64,000 bases of DNA, from the IMG/VR virus record IMGVR_UViG_3300009093_000036, positions 1-64,000 of that record. One strand, given 5' to 3'. Of this stretch, positions 16,287-27,344 are shown piece by piece (position 1 is the stretch's first letter; each line of letters opens with the position of its first letter). The translations under genes and the position numbers were made by a program. The notes beneath the pieces are model-generated. The model was given only the letters and a program-made list of their open reading frames with translations. It had not been told where the DNA came from and did not search any database. The stretch is from a virus.

Positions 16287-18563
16287 TCAGGTTCCCATCC
16301 CGCCCGGTCCGATGAGGCCGTAGCGCACGACGCACTTGACTGCCTGGAGGAGGTCACCGACGCGCTGACCACGGATGCGGATCGAGTAGCCGGCGGTGGC
16401 GTGCGAGATCGTGGTGCCGGAGCCAGCTCCGTGGCTGATGAAGTTCTCGCCCCACGCCCCGTTGGCGAAGATGATCGTGGCCTCGTTGGCGTTGACGACC
16501 GTCGGAGGAGTGGCGGGGGTGCCCCACGCCGGCGTGTTGATGCGGAGGGCCGCGAGAACGCTGTGCGTGCTGCCCGAGCTGGCGAATGCCTGCACGGTCG
16601 TCGTGCGCAGAACGCCCGAGAACGTGATCGGGATGTAGAGCGCGGAGTCGCCGCCACCGCCGAGCGTGATGAGCTCCCAGCGCTGGTTCGTGCGATCGAA
16701 GCGCCAGAGCGGCGTACCCGTCGCGTCCTCCTCGGACATCGCGAGGCTGAGGTCGAGGTTGATCGTGACGTCCGTGTTCGGGATCGTGATTGTCGGGTCG
16801 GTCGTCAGCGTCATGCCCGCGGCATGGACGCGACCACCTGTGTAGAACTCGCCGTCCTCTCGGAGATACCAGCTCTCCTGAAGGTAGTGATCGCCAGCGA
16901 CGTTCGACTGGTCGAACTGGATGCCCGCGAGATCTCCGTTGAAGCCGATGGTGCGCACGTGAGCGGCCGAGCTGGAGCTTCGTCCGAGCACGTGGGAGTA
17001 CGAGACCGGGTCGTTGGCGACCACGGTCGGATCGAGGCTCGTCTTGAGCTGCGATGCCGGCATCTTGTAGCCGAAGACGTCGCGAGCGATGAAGCGGAAC
17101 GTGAAGTTGCCGGCGGTCGGGAGGCCGGGCGCACCACCGTCCATGTCGGTGACGACGATCTCGTCCGGAACGGTGTCCGACGGGCCGGTGCCCGTCAGCG
17201 TGACGTGGTTCAGGAGGTAGATCTGCCCCTGGTTCGAGCCCGAGAGCATCTCGATGGCGGTGACACCCGGAGTCATCGGGATCGCCCACGTCCACTTCAA
17301 CTGACCCGTCGGGGCCGCCGGCGTGCCGTCCGAATCCGGCATGATGATGCGTCCGGATGGGGAGGCGAATGTACCGTTGATCGACGGGTTGAGGCCGAGG
17401 ACGGTGGTCTCGGTGATGCGCTGCCAGTTCTCGACTGCCGAGCGAGAGGTGGAGGCGTTCAGGTCGTCCTTGACGATCAGACCGACCTCGTGCGAGTTCG
17501 CAGCCGCGCCCGCGTGATCGAAGATCATGTTGGCGATGCCACCGTACGAGCGCATCTCCAGGTCGGAGCTGATACCGAGGTAGGTCGAACTCAGCGTGGA
17601 TCGGAACTGCGCGAGAGCGGCGAACCGCGCCGGGATCAGGTCTGCGCCCGTCTTGGTTCGGGCGTGGAACTCGACCGCCTTGTCGGACCCCGTGCCGAGG
17701 TAGCCGTTGTCGTGCGTGAAGATTCCGAGAGCTGCCGTCTGACCTTCGATGGAGGCAGCCATGACCCCGAACGAACCCAGGGCCATGTTCGCCGGCGACA
17801 TGAACGACGCACGGAAGAGACGTACCGAGCACGAGACCCCGGACCCGAATGTGGGAGACGACCCATCGAGCTTGCGGAGATGGAAGTCCGACGCCGTTGG
17901 CCCGAACGTGTGGACGTAGTAGAGCCCGTTGACGCCAACGGAGGCCCCGCTGATTTCCAGCATGTCGAAGTCGAGCTGGACGTCGGTATCCGTGCCCGTG
18001 TACGCGGTGGCCGAGGTGAAGCGCAGGAGATCGACCCCGAGCCCTCCGGGATTGAGCGTGGCGGCTTCGACGTAGCTGATGTTGCTGTTGACGAGTGCGG
18101 CGACGGAGTTGATCCGCGACATGAACCCGTACGCGGGGTCGACCGTCGATCGCGTCCCCTTGAAGTCGAAGCCGCCCCCAGGGACGACATCGCCCATCGC
18201 GTTGGCTCGGAAGTGGGCGTTGGCGACGTCGTCGGCGAACATCGCAGAGAGGGACGACTGCGTCTCGACTGCTCCGCCGTCCTTGATGATGACGCGGCCT
18301 CCGCCGGCGACGGCGACGACACCCTGGTCGTACGCCGCATCGAGCCCGCCGGTCTCGAACAGCGCGAGGCGCGTGTTCAAGTCGTCGGTGTTCAGGGCAA
18401 GGGCCCAGTGGGAACGGTTCGCGACCGCGGACGTGAGCTGCTCGCCGAAACCGATGCCTCGGTTCGCCGCCCCATACCCGGCCGGGTTGGACACGCTGAT
18501 CGGCACCTGCGTGCCGTGCGCACCGTTGTCGCCGAAGAGCTGTACGGAGGTGAAGAAGGACAT
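16287..18563 (-). CDS. Virion structural protein, probable tail fibre/appendage
   Basis: 758 aa, G/S/T/A-rich beta-type composition, immediately downstream of baseplate genes. Confidence 0.65.
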   Translation of the reverse strand: MSFFTSVQLFGDNGAHGTQVPISVSNPAGYGAANRGIGFGEQLTSAVANRSHWALALNTDDLNTRLALFETGGLDAAYDQGVVAVAGGGRVIIKDGGAVETQSSLSAMFADDVANAHFRANAMGDVVPGGGFDFKGTRSTVDPAYGFMSRINSVAALVNSNISYVEAATLNPGGLGVDLLRFTSATAYTGTDTDVQLDFDMLEISGASVGVNGLYYVHTFGPTASDFHLRKLDGSSPTFGSGVSCSVRLFRASFMSPANMALGSFGVMAASIEGQTAALGIFTHDNGYLGTGSDKAVEFHARTKTGADLIPARFAALAQFRSTLSSTYLGISSDLEMRSYGGIANMIFDHAGAAANSHEVGLIVKDDLNASTSRSAVENWQRITETTVLGLNPSINGTFASPSGRIIMPDSDGTPAAPTGQLKWTWAIPMTPGVTAIEMLSGSNQGQIYLLNHVTLTGTGPSDTVPDEIVVTDMDGGAPGLPTAGNFTFRFIARDVFGYKMPASQLKTSLDPTVVANDPVSYSHVLGRSSSSAAHVRTIGFNGDLAGIQFDQSNVAGDHYLQESWYLREDGEFYTGGRVHAAGMTLTTDPTITIPNTDVTINLDLSLAMSEEDATGTPLWRFDRTNQRWELITLGGGGDSALYIPITFSGVLRTTTVQAFASSGSTHSVLAALRINTPAWGTPATPPTVVNANEATIIFANGAWGENFISHGAGSGTTISHATAGYSIRIRGQRVGDLLQAVKCVVRYGLIGPGGMGT

Positions 18564-18573
18564 CGTGAGCTCC

Positions 18574-19224
18574 TCAGAAACGGTACTCCCAGCGCACTTC
18601 GATGCTGAAGAGGCCGGACTTGTGGATCGTGTTGAACGTGTCGTACGCAGCCATCAGGCCGCCAGCACCGGGGTAGACGCCACTCGCGCCATTCGGCAGA
18701 GCAGGATCCGCGGCACTCGTGAAGAGGCCGATCTCGGAGAGGGGAACGCTTGCATACGAGCCGAAGTTGATGTCGGTCTCGGAGAAGATGGCGGTGAAGC
18801 GGACCGAGGTCGCCGTCGGAAACGTCGAGGGCGCCGTGATCTCTCGGACCCACAGAGGCGCGCTCGTGACCTTGACCGGGCGCTGGAGACCAGTGACCGT
18901 GAGGTCGGTGTCGGTCTGCGTGTTGACGCCCGGGTAGTCGGTGCTGAACGGAGCCGAGTTCGCAATCGACGAGTTCTGCCGGCTGCCACCGATGCCGAAC
19001 CCGATGTAGCGGATGACGGTGTTCTGGTGCCGAGTGATGACTGGAGCCGGAGTGTCCGAGACGATGACCTCGGCCAGCATCTGCCGACCGATGTTCGTCA
19101 CGATGTTGTGGGTGCGCTCGCGCTGCACGATCTTGCCGCGCTCTCGGACATCCAGCTCGATGTTGACCAACCCGATGATGGCATCGGGCGGGAGCATCAG
19201 GAACTTCTTCGCGGCTTTGCTCAC
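18574..19224 (-). CDS. Baseplate/tail-fibre attachment-type structural protein
   Basis: HNIVTN.GR..LA, YIGFG.G and LSEIGLF resemble the N-terminal motifs of phage tail-collar/fibre-socket proteins. Confidence 0.6.
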   Translation of the reverse strand: MSKAAKKFLMLPPDAIIGLVNIELDVRERGKIVQRERTHNIVTNIGRQMLAEVIVSDTPAPVITRHQNTVIRYIGFGIGGSRQNSSIANSAPFSTDYPGVNTQTDTDLTVTGLQRPVKVTSAPLWVREITAPSTFPTATSVRFTAIFSETDINFGSYASVPLSEIGLFTSAADPALPNGASGVYPGAGGLMAAYDTFNTIHKSGLFSIEVRWEYRF

Positions 19225-22200
19225 GGCAGCACTTGATTTCCTGCGTCGATCATGGGGCAGATCTCGTACGTCCCTGCTGGGAGAGTCATATCATAGGTCG
19301 GGGTGAATGTGTTCCCGGGGATCCCCGTGAAGGCCCCGCTGACATCGATGACGTCGGTATCGAAGAAGAAAACCGAGTCGTAGGTGATGGGGCCGCCGGG
19401 CCACGTCAACACGAGACAGAACTGAATCCAGTCCTGCGGGCAGTCCACGTAGCCGTCGTAGTACGTGATGCCGTCGTCGAAGCTCGACCAGATCGTGCCG
19501 TCACCACGATAGTCGTCGTACATGAACGCGCGGCCTGAGCCACATGCGCTGTCGTAGAGATGGAGGGTCACGCCCATGTTCAGGACGTCCACCACATCGA
19601 CATCATCCACAACATCCTTCGCCCCCAGAAGGATTGGATGCGTGTACGTCGGCTTGATGCGGAGGATGAGCTGCGAGATCAGCGAGATGTTCGCCAAGGA
19701 CACCAGGTCCAAGTTGAACGTGACCAGGAAGTAGAAGAACTTCTCCAGCTCCGTGAGGAGCCCCGAGCTCACGAAGGGGACGAACCACTTCGGGCTGTTC
19801 TTGTAGTCCTCGATCCGGATGCCAGTACCGATGGGAGCGAACTGCTCGATGCGATCGCCCACGACGTAGGGGACGCCGGTCACCGGGTTCACTTCGAGAC
19901 CCGAGGTCGCGGACGGATCGAGTGGGTCCTTGCGGTAGACGTAGCTGCGGATGATCTCCGAGCGCGAGGGCACGTTGCCGTCGTCATCCTGGATGAGGAT
20001 GCGGGAGAACTCCGGGCTGTAGTCCTCACGGATCTCCGTGACGAAGCCAGCGACCTCTGCGAAGGGCTGCCCGAAGAGGATCTGCGCTCCGACACGCATC
20101 GCGTACGGAGTCGGTCCCCGCTGCGTCGCGTACATCAAGCCGGCGACACCGCTCAAGTACGAGAAGTTCTCTCCGAGCGGAGCTGCATCCTCACGCAGGA
20201 AACCTACCAGACGTCCGAAGAGGTCTTCGATGTTCTGGTCGTTGCTGAAGTTGACGAGCTCCGCCCACAGGATGTCCGGTGGCTCGATGTCGGGGATGAT
20301 GAAGACTTCATCTCGGAACTGAAGCTGCGGGATCGGCTGCTCCAGGTCGTCCCGGTAGAAAGGCTCCAAGACGTAGTCGATGTTCTCCAGCCACATCGTG
20401 GGGTTCTGCGACTTCGGAATGATGTCCTGAAGGCGGGGGATGCCAACGACGTCGATCGGGAGCTCGACACCCTTGCGGCGCTTCACGCCGAGCCAGCGGA
20501 GCTCGAAGAGGGGGTCCTGGAGCACAGCGAAGAGGCCGTCCAGGTTGCCCGCCACGACGGTCGCCTTCTGAGCGACCACGTAGCCCTTGTGGTCGACGTA
20601 CGTGCTCGTTCGTGGGTCGAACGACTCCACCTTGATCAAGTCGCCCGGGTAGGCGCCCGCCACCTCGTAGTCGACCTCCTCGCTCGTGAGAACGCTCGGG
20701 ATCGTCCAGACGTTCGTTGCATCGAACGGGAGCGGGTCGATCAGCAAGAGGCGCTGGTTGGTGCCTGCATCGCGAGGGTCGTTCAGGACACGGTCGATGC
20801 GGAAGGACTGACCATTGTTCAGCACCAGGAGGTCGCCGTGCTTCACGCCCTGAGCGAGAAGGTCGACCCCGTTGTCGACGCGGTACGTGTTGTCGGTGAC
20901 CTTCGCTCCACGAACGCCGCTCAAGTAGTTGTAGACGCCCGTCGGGATCCCGAGCACTGCGGCAGCCGAAGAGGTCAGCCCGAGCCGGAAGGCCAACGTC
21001 TCCGAGGACAACAGCAGGAGCAGCTTCGGCCCATCCGTGACGCTGTGAGCCTGGATGTCGAGGCCAGCGAGACCAGCGGTCAGGCTCGCGATGATCGCCG
21101 AGACCGTGCCGGTGCCGAGAGTGATCGTCCGCTGCGTGAAGGTGCCATCAACGTTCGGAGTCTCGATCACGATCGTCGAACCAGAGACCGAGGCCGGTCC
21201 CATGTTGAAGTCGTAGGTACCTTCGAGCTTGCCGTAGCGCGGGCTGATGGTTGCAAACTCGGGAAGGGTCTCCGTGATCATCGTGCGGAAGGCCACCCAC
21301 TTCCTCTGAAAGACACGCTGGGCGTCACGGAGGCTCATGTTGTAGTGGTGCTGCCAGACCTCCAGGAGACGAGCCCCCAAGATCTGGGTGGTGCCGCGCC
21401 AGAACTCCGTGAAGATCTCCCGGTTCTCGACCAACCGCCACTCGTCGCCGAGGACGTCCCAGAGGAACTCGACGGACGGTTCGATGCCGAGAGGAGCGCG
21501 AGCTCCGACGACGTTCACCAGAACTTCCGCCTCCTCGGAGTCGATCTCGCCGTCGTTCACGACGAGCGTGAAGCGGTAGATGCCGGGGATGTCCGGCACC
21601 ACGATGGGCGTCTCGGTGTTCGCACCGATGAGCACGCTCTGTCGGATGACGCGGAATGGAGTCCCCGTGAGATTGTCGGGGATCGTGTCGGTCTCGACGG
21701 TCAGCGTCCCTCCGGCGTTGTTCACGGTGTCGATGACGTGTCGCGTCCCAGCGATGATCAGGACGTCGCCGTGAGCCACCCACGCTGGAAGCGTCGACGG
21801 AGGGAAGGACAGCAAGTTGGTGACGCCATCCGCATCACCGTTGTCCACTGTGGTGCCCGAAGAGGCGTCGTACGCGAACTGGGAGAGGTAGGGCGCATCG
21901 ATCGCCAGCCAGCGGTAGGAGAGCGGGGCCCCTTCCGGATCGAAGCTGGCACGTGCGTCGAGGCGAGCCGAGTTGCCGGCGGCGATGACGCGATCGGCCC
22001 CCGGATTCGCAACAGGAGGGAGGTTCGGCAGAAGCAGAGCTCCTGCGACCTGGATGATGCGGTACTCGATCGTGACGGGCTGTGCAGGAGTCCCCTTAGC
22101 CACGATGCGGAAGCGGTCGTTGACACCCGGAGGAGTCGCCTCCACCGGCAGGATGAAGCGAAGCGGAGGGAACGGATCGCTCTCACGGCCGATGAAGACG

Positions 22201-22673
22201 TAGGCCCGCCCATCGCCGGAGTTCACCGCAACACGAACACGATGGAAGTACGTCGCAATCTCTTCCGTGTAGACGGTGCTGTCCGGCAGAGGAGCGACGC
22301 TCCCGAAGTCATCGATGCGGGCGATCGCGATGCCTGTCTGCGAGAAGTAGATGCCGACGCCACGGCCGGCATCATCAGCAAGCTGGATGCCGGCATGGTG
22401 ATCGGAGAGGTCTGCGACGTCGTGAGGCAACGACGGGAAGCGCACCACGAAGTCGATGGTGTACTCGGCGGGCATCGCGACGTTGAAGTCGGCGTAAGCA
22501 TCCGTGCTGTCTCCGCTGGAGACCACCAGGAGCTGTCGGTCTGCGTCGTACGTGAAGTACGGGGCAGCTCCAGGTACGAGCGAGAGGTCCGACGGACCAA
22601 GCCCGAGGAGGAGCGGCATCGTGGAGACGTTGAAGTCCGCGATGTTCCAAGTAGCTGATGTCGGGATCGCCAT
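19221..22673 (-). CDS. Large baseplate wedge-like protein with PKD-like domain
   Basis: PPVANPGADR...LDARASFDPEGAPLSYRW and GIYRFTLVVNDG (PKD/Ig-like); downstream of the baseplate J-like gene. Confidence 0.65.
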   Translation of the reverse strand: MAIPTSATWNIADFNVSTMPLLLGLGPSDLSLVPGAAPYFTYDADRQLLVVSSGDSTDAYADFNVAMPAEYTIDFVVRFPSLPHDVADLSDHHAGIQLADDAGRGVGIYFSQTGIAIARIDDFGSVAPLPDSTVYTEEIATYFHRVRVAVNSGDGRAYVFIGRESDPFPPLRFILPVEATPPGVNDRFRIVAKGTPAQPVTIEYRIIQVAGALLLPNLPPVANPGADRVIAAGNSARLDARASFDPEGAPLSYRWLAIDAPYLSQFAYDASSGTTVDNGDADGVTNLLSFPPSTLPAWVAHGDVLIIAGTRHVIDTVNNAGGTLTVETDTIPDNLTGTPFRVIRQSVLIGANTETPIVVPDIPGIYRFTLVVNDGEIDSEEAEVLVNVVGARAPLGIEPSVEFLWDVLGDEWRLVENREIFTEFWRGTTQILGARLLEVWQHHYNMSLRDAQRVFQRKWVAFRTMITETLPEFATISPRYGKLEGTYDFNMGPASVSGSTIVIETPNVDGTFTQRTITLGTGTVSAIIASLTAGLAGLDIQAHSVTDGPKLLLLLSSETLAFRLGLTSSAAAVLGIPTGVYNYLSGVRGAKVTDNTYRVDNGVDLLAQGVKHGDLLVLNNGQSFRIDRVLNDPRDAGTNQRLLLIDPLPFDATNVWTIPSVLTSEEVDYEVAGAYPGDLIKVESFDPRTSTYVDHKGYVVAQKATVVAGNLDGLFAVLQDPLFELRWLGVKRRKGVELPIDVVGIPRLQDIIPKSQNPTMWLENIDYVLEPFYRDDLEQPIPQLQFRDEVFIIPDIEPPDILWAELVNFSNDQNIEDLFGRLVGFLREDAAPLGENFSYLSGVAGLMYATQRGPTPYAMRVGAQILFGQPFAEVAGFVTEIREDYSPEFSRILIQDDDGNVPSRSEIIRSYVYRKDPLDPSATSGLEVNPVTGVPYVVGDRIEQFAPIGTGIRIEDYKNSPKWFVPFVSSGLLTELEKFFYFLVTFNLDLVSLANISLISQLILRIKPTYTHPILLGAKDVVDDVDVVDVLNMGVTLHLYDSACGSGRAFMYDDYRGDGTIWSSFDDGITYYDGYVDCPQDWIQFCLVLTWPGGPITYDSVFFFDTDVIDVSGAFTGIPGNTFTPTYDMTLPAGTYEICPMIDAGNQVLP

Positions 22674-22694
22674 GAACCATGCGATAGTACCGGC

Positions 22695-23000
22695 ATGAGA
22701 CTTCGTACGCTACCGCTCAGCGTCCGCCGCAAGCTGATCGAGAACCAGCCCGACATCCTGACCCCGCTGGCCGTGGCTCGTGCCACGAAGTACTCGACGC
22801 CGTGTCCGCGCTGCGGCGGGGCGATGCACCAGCATCTGGCGCCGCGTGCATTCACGGCAGAGAGCGTGCTTCCTCGCACGGTGGCCCGCTGTGTCGACTG
22901 CTCCTACGAGGTCGACACGCAGTCGGGGATCGTGACCAACACCGGGAACCCGGCGAAGGTCGAGGAAGCCCTCCCGATCATCGGGCAGCAGAAGAGCTAG
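22695..23000 (+). CDS. Small zinc-ribbon protein, inverted within the tail module
   Basis: CPRCGG...RCVDC; divergent from the 22673 gene. Ends in TAG. Confidence 0.65.
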   Translation: MRLRTLPLSVRRKLIENQPDILTPLAVARATKYSTPCPRCGGAMHQHLAPRAFTAESVLPRTVARCVDCSYEVDTQSGIVTNTGNPAKVEEALPIIGQQKS

Positions 23001-23310
23001 GACGGCGCGACGCCTGCCTCGCTGCGAGGGCGGCGTTGTACGTCTGCATCCGGCGCTCCTGGCCTCGACGCACCGAGGGATGTGGACGGCGCTCGCGAGA
23101 CTTCGTGTCGGAGAGGACTTTCTTGAAGGCCTGCTCGACGCGAAGCTGATGTTCGAGCTGCTTCGTGTTCCCCTCGAACTCCTTCAGGAGCTGCGCCAGC
23201 TCCCTCTCTCGCCGCGTCTTGGGCGGGGAGTAGTACGGCATGTTCGAGGAGTACGAGCTGTAGTCGAAGACCCAGCTCGTACCTGTGACGTTGGGGTAGT
23301 TGGCGATCAA
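22978..23310 (-). CDS. Hypothetical basic protein
   Basis: TTGA overlap with the baseplate J stop; weaker coding signal. Confidence 0.45.
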   Translation of the reverse strand: MIANYPNVTGTSWVFDYSSYSSNMPYYSPPKTRRERELAQLLKEFEGNTKQLEHQLRVEQAFKKVLSDTKSRERRPHPSVRRGQERRMQTYNAALAARQASRRPSSSAAR

Positions 23311-26300
23311 CGCAGGCCTCCAGGAGCGATGCGCTTGATGGCGAGGTCGTCGCCGATGAAGCGTTGCGTGCGGCTGGTCTGAACGTAGTCGCGAACGATC
23401 GCGACGCGCACGTTCCGATCGACGTCGTGGTAGACGACGATCATCACCGGAGCGTTGCGGCCGCTCGGCGACTCGGGATCGAGGCTGTAGATGCTGGTCG
23501 CACCACGCGCCGTCATGACTCGCGACAGGTCGATGACTTCGAGCTGCTCGTTGGCCTCGACCGTCTCCAGAGCAGCGTTGAGGGCAGCCCGCATCGCCGT
23601 CTCGGTGTCTCCGCCGGCGTAGCGCCAGGAGAGATTCACGTAGTGCGGCAGCAGGTGCCGAACAAGGATCTCTTCGTTCACGACGCGGTGAAAGTCGGAG
23701 TCGCAGAAGCTCTGCACGTCGTCGACGAGCTGGCTCTGGTCGTAGCTGACCTGAACGTTCTGACGGCTGAGCTGCACGTACTCCGAGGGGCTGTCGGACG
23801 AACCGACGAGGAGAATGGTCCGGCTGATCCCTGCGAACAGGCGCTCCGCACGGCTGTACGAGAGCGTGTTGTTGTTCACGTAGAGCCGGTAGCCGTCCGA
23901 CACCACACCCGTGGCGTCCATGACGAGCGAGGACGGGGCGTTGTTCCGGTCGCCCGGAGCCAACGACAACATCTCGACGTCCACGTAGTAGAGGCCGGTC
24001 TCGTCCTGGTTGTTGTTCATCTCGGTCGAGCTGATGCGCTGCAACGCTCGGCGGATGCGGTAGCTGGTATCGGAGACCGCCGTCGAGCTTCCGAAGGGCG
24101 TGTCGACCGAGAGGGTGAGCACTGTGGGCTCGACCCCGTTGATGATGTACGTCCCGGCACGAGGATGTGCCGAGCTTCGCGGAGCGCCGTTGAGGAACAG
24201 CGTGTCCGGAGAGAAGATCGTGCTGTCCCCGCGGAAGGTGATGAGCGACGAGCTCTGAAAGACGAGGTAGCCCGAGCCGTCGATCACTGCGACGTCTTCA
24301 CCGACCTGCGTGTTGATGTAGTCGACGAGGTCGCTGCGCGTCAGCGCGATCGGGAAGGCGATGGTGATCCACGGGTTCTCATCGAGCCGCAGGATCAAGT
24401 TCTTGCCGACGATCGCCGAGATCGTCCCGGGAGACGGAAGAGGCGAGGTCGACTTGATGGGGCGGTAGAGGACGTCGAGATAGTCGCCCTCTTCGACCCC
24501 GAGGGCCTGGAAGTTCACGGTCGTGTCCTGGAACGCCGTCGTCAGCGAGCCCGAGGATGTGGTCCCGTTGTCGGGGAGGGTGGTGAGCGGCGGGGGCGGC
24601 TGGATGACCCGATCGTTCTCGGGGTCGGGTCGATAGAGCAGGGTGTCCGTGCCCACCAGCACAGAGAACTGCGTCGTGAGGTAGCGGAACTCCGCCGACG
24701 TGGGGGCGAGGAAGTAGACCCGCGCCGAGCCCACCGAGGGGCGACCGACGCGGATCCGAACGCCGACTTCCGGAAGAAGAACTTGCACCTGGTGCAGAGG
24801 CAGCGAGTAATCCTCGTCCGTGGGGCCAGGCCCGACGAGTGCGGAGAGGTAGCCCGTGTCGTCGTGCCCTCGAAGGACTCGTGTCGTGCCTCGGTTGTTG
24901 CCGTCGACGAACTCGACGAGGTCGCCCTGACGCGGGTTGAACGTGGGGAGGCCGATGTCCGCGTTCGTCGCACCACGCCCACTCGTCGGGAACCCGAGCA
25001 AAGAGTTGGCGGTGCCACTCGTGCCGATGATCACGAACTCGGGGCAGTAGATGCCGACGTACGTGCTGCCGTTGTAGTTCAGCACGGTCGCACGCACCTG
25101 GCGCTCCACGAGCTCGGGCGTGGTGTTGATGATCGTGGCGATGGCAGACGGCGTCTGGACTCCGGAGAGGTTCAGCGTGTACGTGCCCGAAGGAGTCAGC
25201 GGCTTCGACGAAGGGCCTGCGAAGACCTTCGAGGGCTTGCGGAAGTTGAAGATGAGGGTGGCTCCACCTCCGAAGTTCACGCTCGTGACGATCGCTCCCG
25301 TCACCAGACCGAGCGATAGCGGGAAGCCCTCGAACTCGACACCGGAACCCTCGTTCTGGAAGCCACGAGTGATGATCGCGACCGGGTCACGGTACGGGAT
25401 CTTCACTCCGTTCGGAGCCCCACCGCTGTCGAGGAGGTCGAGAGCGGTGATGCGAACCACCGGCGTGAGCACGTTTCCGCTCGGTCGGAAGATCGTGTAG
25501 CTCAGGTTCGACAGCGTCCGGATGGGGACCGGGGAGACCTGAAGGGAGACGGCGCCGACGACCTGAACGGTGAAGTCTCCACCGGCGTCATCGGCGTCGA
25601 CTCGAACGATGTCGTTCTGCTGAACGTTCGCATCGATGAAGTTCGTCGACGAGAAGGTCGTGATCAGGTTGTTGCCCGCCACCATCACGAGGTCGGACCC
25701 CTGAAGCTTGATGTCCTTCGTCTCGGTCAGCTCGATGTTGATCTCGTCGACGATCTTCCAGAGAAGATTCGCCACGACACCCGTCATCGCGACGGGAACC
25801 CGGATCTGGAGCGTGGAGCCCGAGACCACGCTGTCCCGGATGTCGTAGCTCCCGACATCGACACCTTCGTCGAGGACGATGCTGAAGCTGCCATCCGAGA
25901 TGAGGGCCTGTAGAGCCGCAGCTCCGCCAGGCGGATCGTTGATGATGATCCATTCGAGCGTCGACGGAGAGCCGAGAGGAACGCCGGTCTGTGCGTTCGA
26001 GCCGCGAGCGATGGGCAGCTCATCGGAGATGCCATCGATCGCGACCGTCTGAGCCACCACTTCGCCGGCGAGGTAGAGGTCGGTCTTGCCTCCGATGTGG
26101 ACCTCATCGGACTTGATGATGAGCTGCCCGTTCGGCGTATCGGGAAGGGTGATGCCCCCGGGGATGTCGGAGATCGTCAGCTCACGCTTGCGGATCATCC
26201 AGTTCACGTTGAGCGGGAACGAGGGGAACTCGTAGTTGAGCAGCAAGTCGGTGTCGGAAATGACCTCCAGCACCTGCGCATCCACCAGCACGGGACCGGA

Positions 26301-27341
26301 GTTGTCGTAGGAGAGGGTGAGGTAGAAAGCCGACGGGTCCGAACCCGCCGACCCGATGCGCGACACGAAGTGCCCCGTCGGCGCCGTGATGCGGTGGGTG
26401 GTGACGTTGCCGTCCCCGTCATCGACAGCCGTTGCTGCTCCGTACACCGGACCGAACGTGTCGGGGGCCAGAGCGGGCCCGAGACCTCCGCCCTTCACGA
26501 TGTCGCGAAGCATCTCGGGGTCCTTGAACCCGATGACCTGGATGCGGCGCACCGCCGGGAAGTTGTCCGTGAGCTCCGAGAAGATGCCTCGCGTCGTCGT
26601 GAGCGTGCGATCGCCCTGCTTCGATTCGACGCGAGCGACGTAGTCGATGCTGTTCTCGCGCGGGATGCCGTTGTCGAAGCGGTTGAGGTTCCGGACTCGG
26701 GAGGCAGCCGGCAGGTTCGCGATCGAGATGATCTCGCCGCGATCGACGTTGTACTCGTCGCCACGCTTCTCCGCGACGTAGCTGATGTCGCAGTAGAACT
26801 CCTGACCATCGCGGTTCAGGAGCATCTGATCAGCCGTGATCGTCTGCGCCGGCGATGGAAGGTAGCGAAGACCTCCTCGGGTCGAGGCGACCTGGATCAG
26901 GGTGAACGAGACCGTCGTGGGGGCCTGGAAGCTCACCCGAACGACACCGCGAGAGTAGCCACCCGCCTTGCGGGACTCGAAGAAGTTCGTGACGACGGCA
27001 TCGACTTCATCATCCCCGAGCCGTTCCGCGTTGGCGATGGCGGCCTGACGGAGCTTGACCAGCTTCACCTCGCGGATGATCGGCTCCAGGAGCACGCGCA
27101 TCGGGCTGATGAGGGTGTCATCGAGCGCCGTGGTCTGCGTGATGTTGAGGTTGGGGAACGACTGCGTGATGCGTTCTCGAACGAACGTCTCGATGTCGGT
27201 GTCGAAGGGGTCGGTGCCGATGCGGCCCAAGATCGGCTGAATGAGCTCGGTCTGCGCACGGCTGCCGTCCGACAAGTCGATCGACGGGTCGTAGCGAACC
27301 AGCAGGTCCTGCAAGAAGGTCTGGATGTCAGTCTGGGCCAT
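23307..27341 (-). CDS. Baseplate J-like wedge protein (extended, 1344 aa)
   Basis: N-terminal region with RKAGGYSRGVVRVSF, AEKRG.EYNV..GEI.SI, GIPRENSI.Y..R, RTLTT.RGI...L; typical of baseplate J/gp47-like proteins. Confidence 0.75.
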   Translation of the reverse strand: MAQTDIQTFLQDLLVRYDPSIDLSDGSRAQTELIQPILGRIGTDPFDTDIETFVRERITQSFPNLNITQTTALDDTLISPMRVLLEPIIREVKLVKLRQAAIANAERLGDDEVDAVVTNFFESRKAGGYSRGVVRVSFQAPTTVSFTLIQVASTRGGLRYLPSPAQTITADQMLLNRDGQEFYCDISYVAEKRGDEYNVDRGEIISIANLPAASRVRNLNRFDNGIPRENSIDYVARVESKQGDRTLTTTRGIFSELTDNFPAVRRIQVIGFKDPEMLRDIVKGGGLGPALAPDTFGPVYGAATAVDDGDGNVTTHRITAPTGHFVSRIGSAGSDPSAFYLTLSYDNSGPVLVDAQVLEVISDTDLLLNYEFPSFPLNVNWMIRKRELTISDIPGGITLPDTPNGQLIIKSDEVHIGGKTDLYLAGEVVAQTVAIDGISDELPIARGSNAQTGVPLGSPSTLEWIIINDPPGGAAALQALISDGSFSIVLDEGVDVGSYDIRDSVVSGSTLQIRVPVAMTGVVANLLWKIVDEINIELTETKDIKLQGSDLVMVAGNNLITTFSSTNFIDANVQQNDIVRVDADDAGGDFTVQVVGAVSLQVSPVPIRTLSNLSYTIFRPSGNVLTPVVRITALDLLDSGGAPNGVKIPYRDPVAIITRGFQNEGSGVEFEGFPLSLGLVTGAIVTSVNFGGGATLIFNFRKPSKVFAGPSSKPLTPSGTYTLNLSGVQTPSAIATIINTTPELVERQVRATVLNYNGSTYVGIYCPEFVIIGTSGTANSLLGFPTSGRGATNADIGLPTFNPRQGDLVEFVDGNNRGTTRVLRGHDDTGYLSALVGPGPTDEDYSLPLHQVQVLLPEVGVRIRVGRPSVGSARVYFLAPTSAEFRYLTTQFSVLVGTDTLLYRPDPENDRVIQPPPPLTTLPDNGTTSSGSLTTAFQDTTVNFQALGVEEGDYLDVLYRPIKSTSPLPSPGTISAIVGKNLILRLDENPWITIAFPIALTRSDLVDYINTQVGEDVAVIDGSGYLVFQSSSLITFRGDSTIFSPDTLFLNGAPRSSAHPRAGTYIINGVEPTVLTLSVDTPFGSSTAVSDTSYRIRRALQRISSTEMNNNQDETGLYYVDVEMLSLAPGDRNNAPSSLVMDATGVVSDGYRLYVNNNTLSYSRAERLFAGISRTILLVGSSDSPSEYVQLSRQNVQVSYDQSQLVDDVQSFCDSDFHRVVNEEILVRHLLPHYVNLSWRYAGGDTETAMRAALNAALETVEANEQLEVIDLSRVMTARGATSIYSLDPESPSGRNAPVMIVVYHDVDRNVRVAIVRDYVQTSRTQRFIGDDLAIKRIAPGGLR

Positions 27342-27344
27342 GGT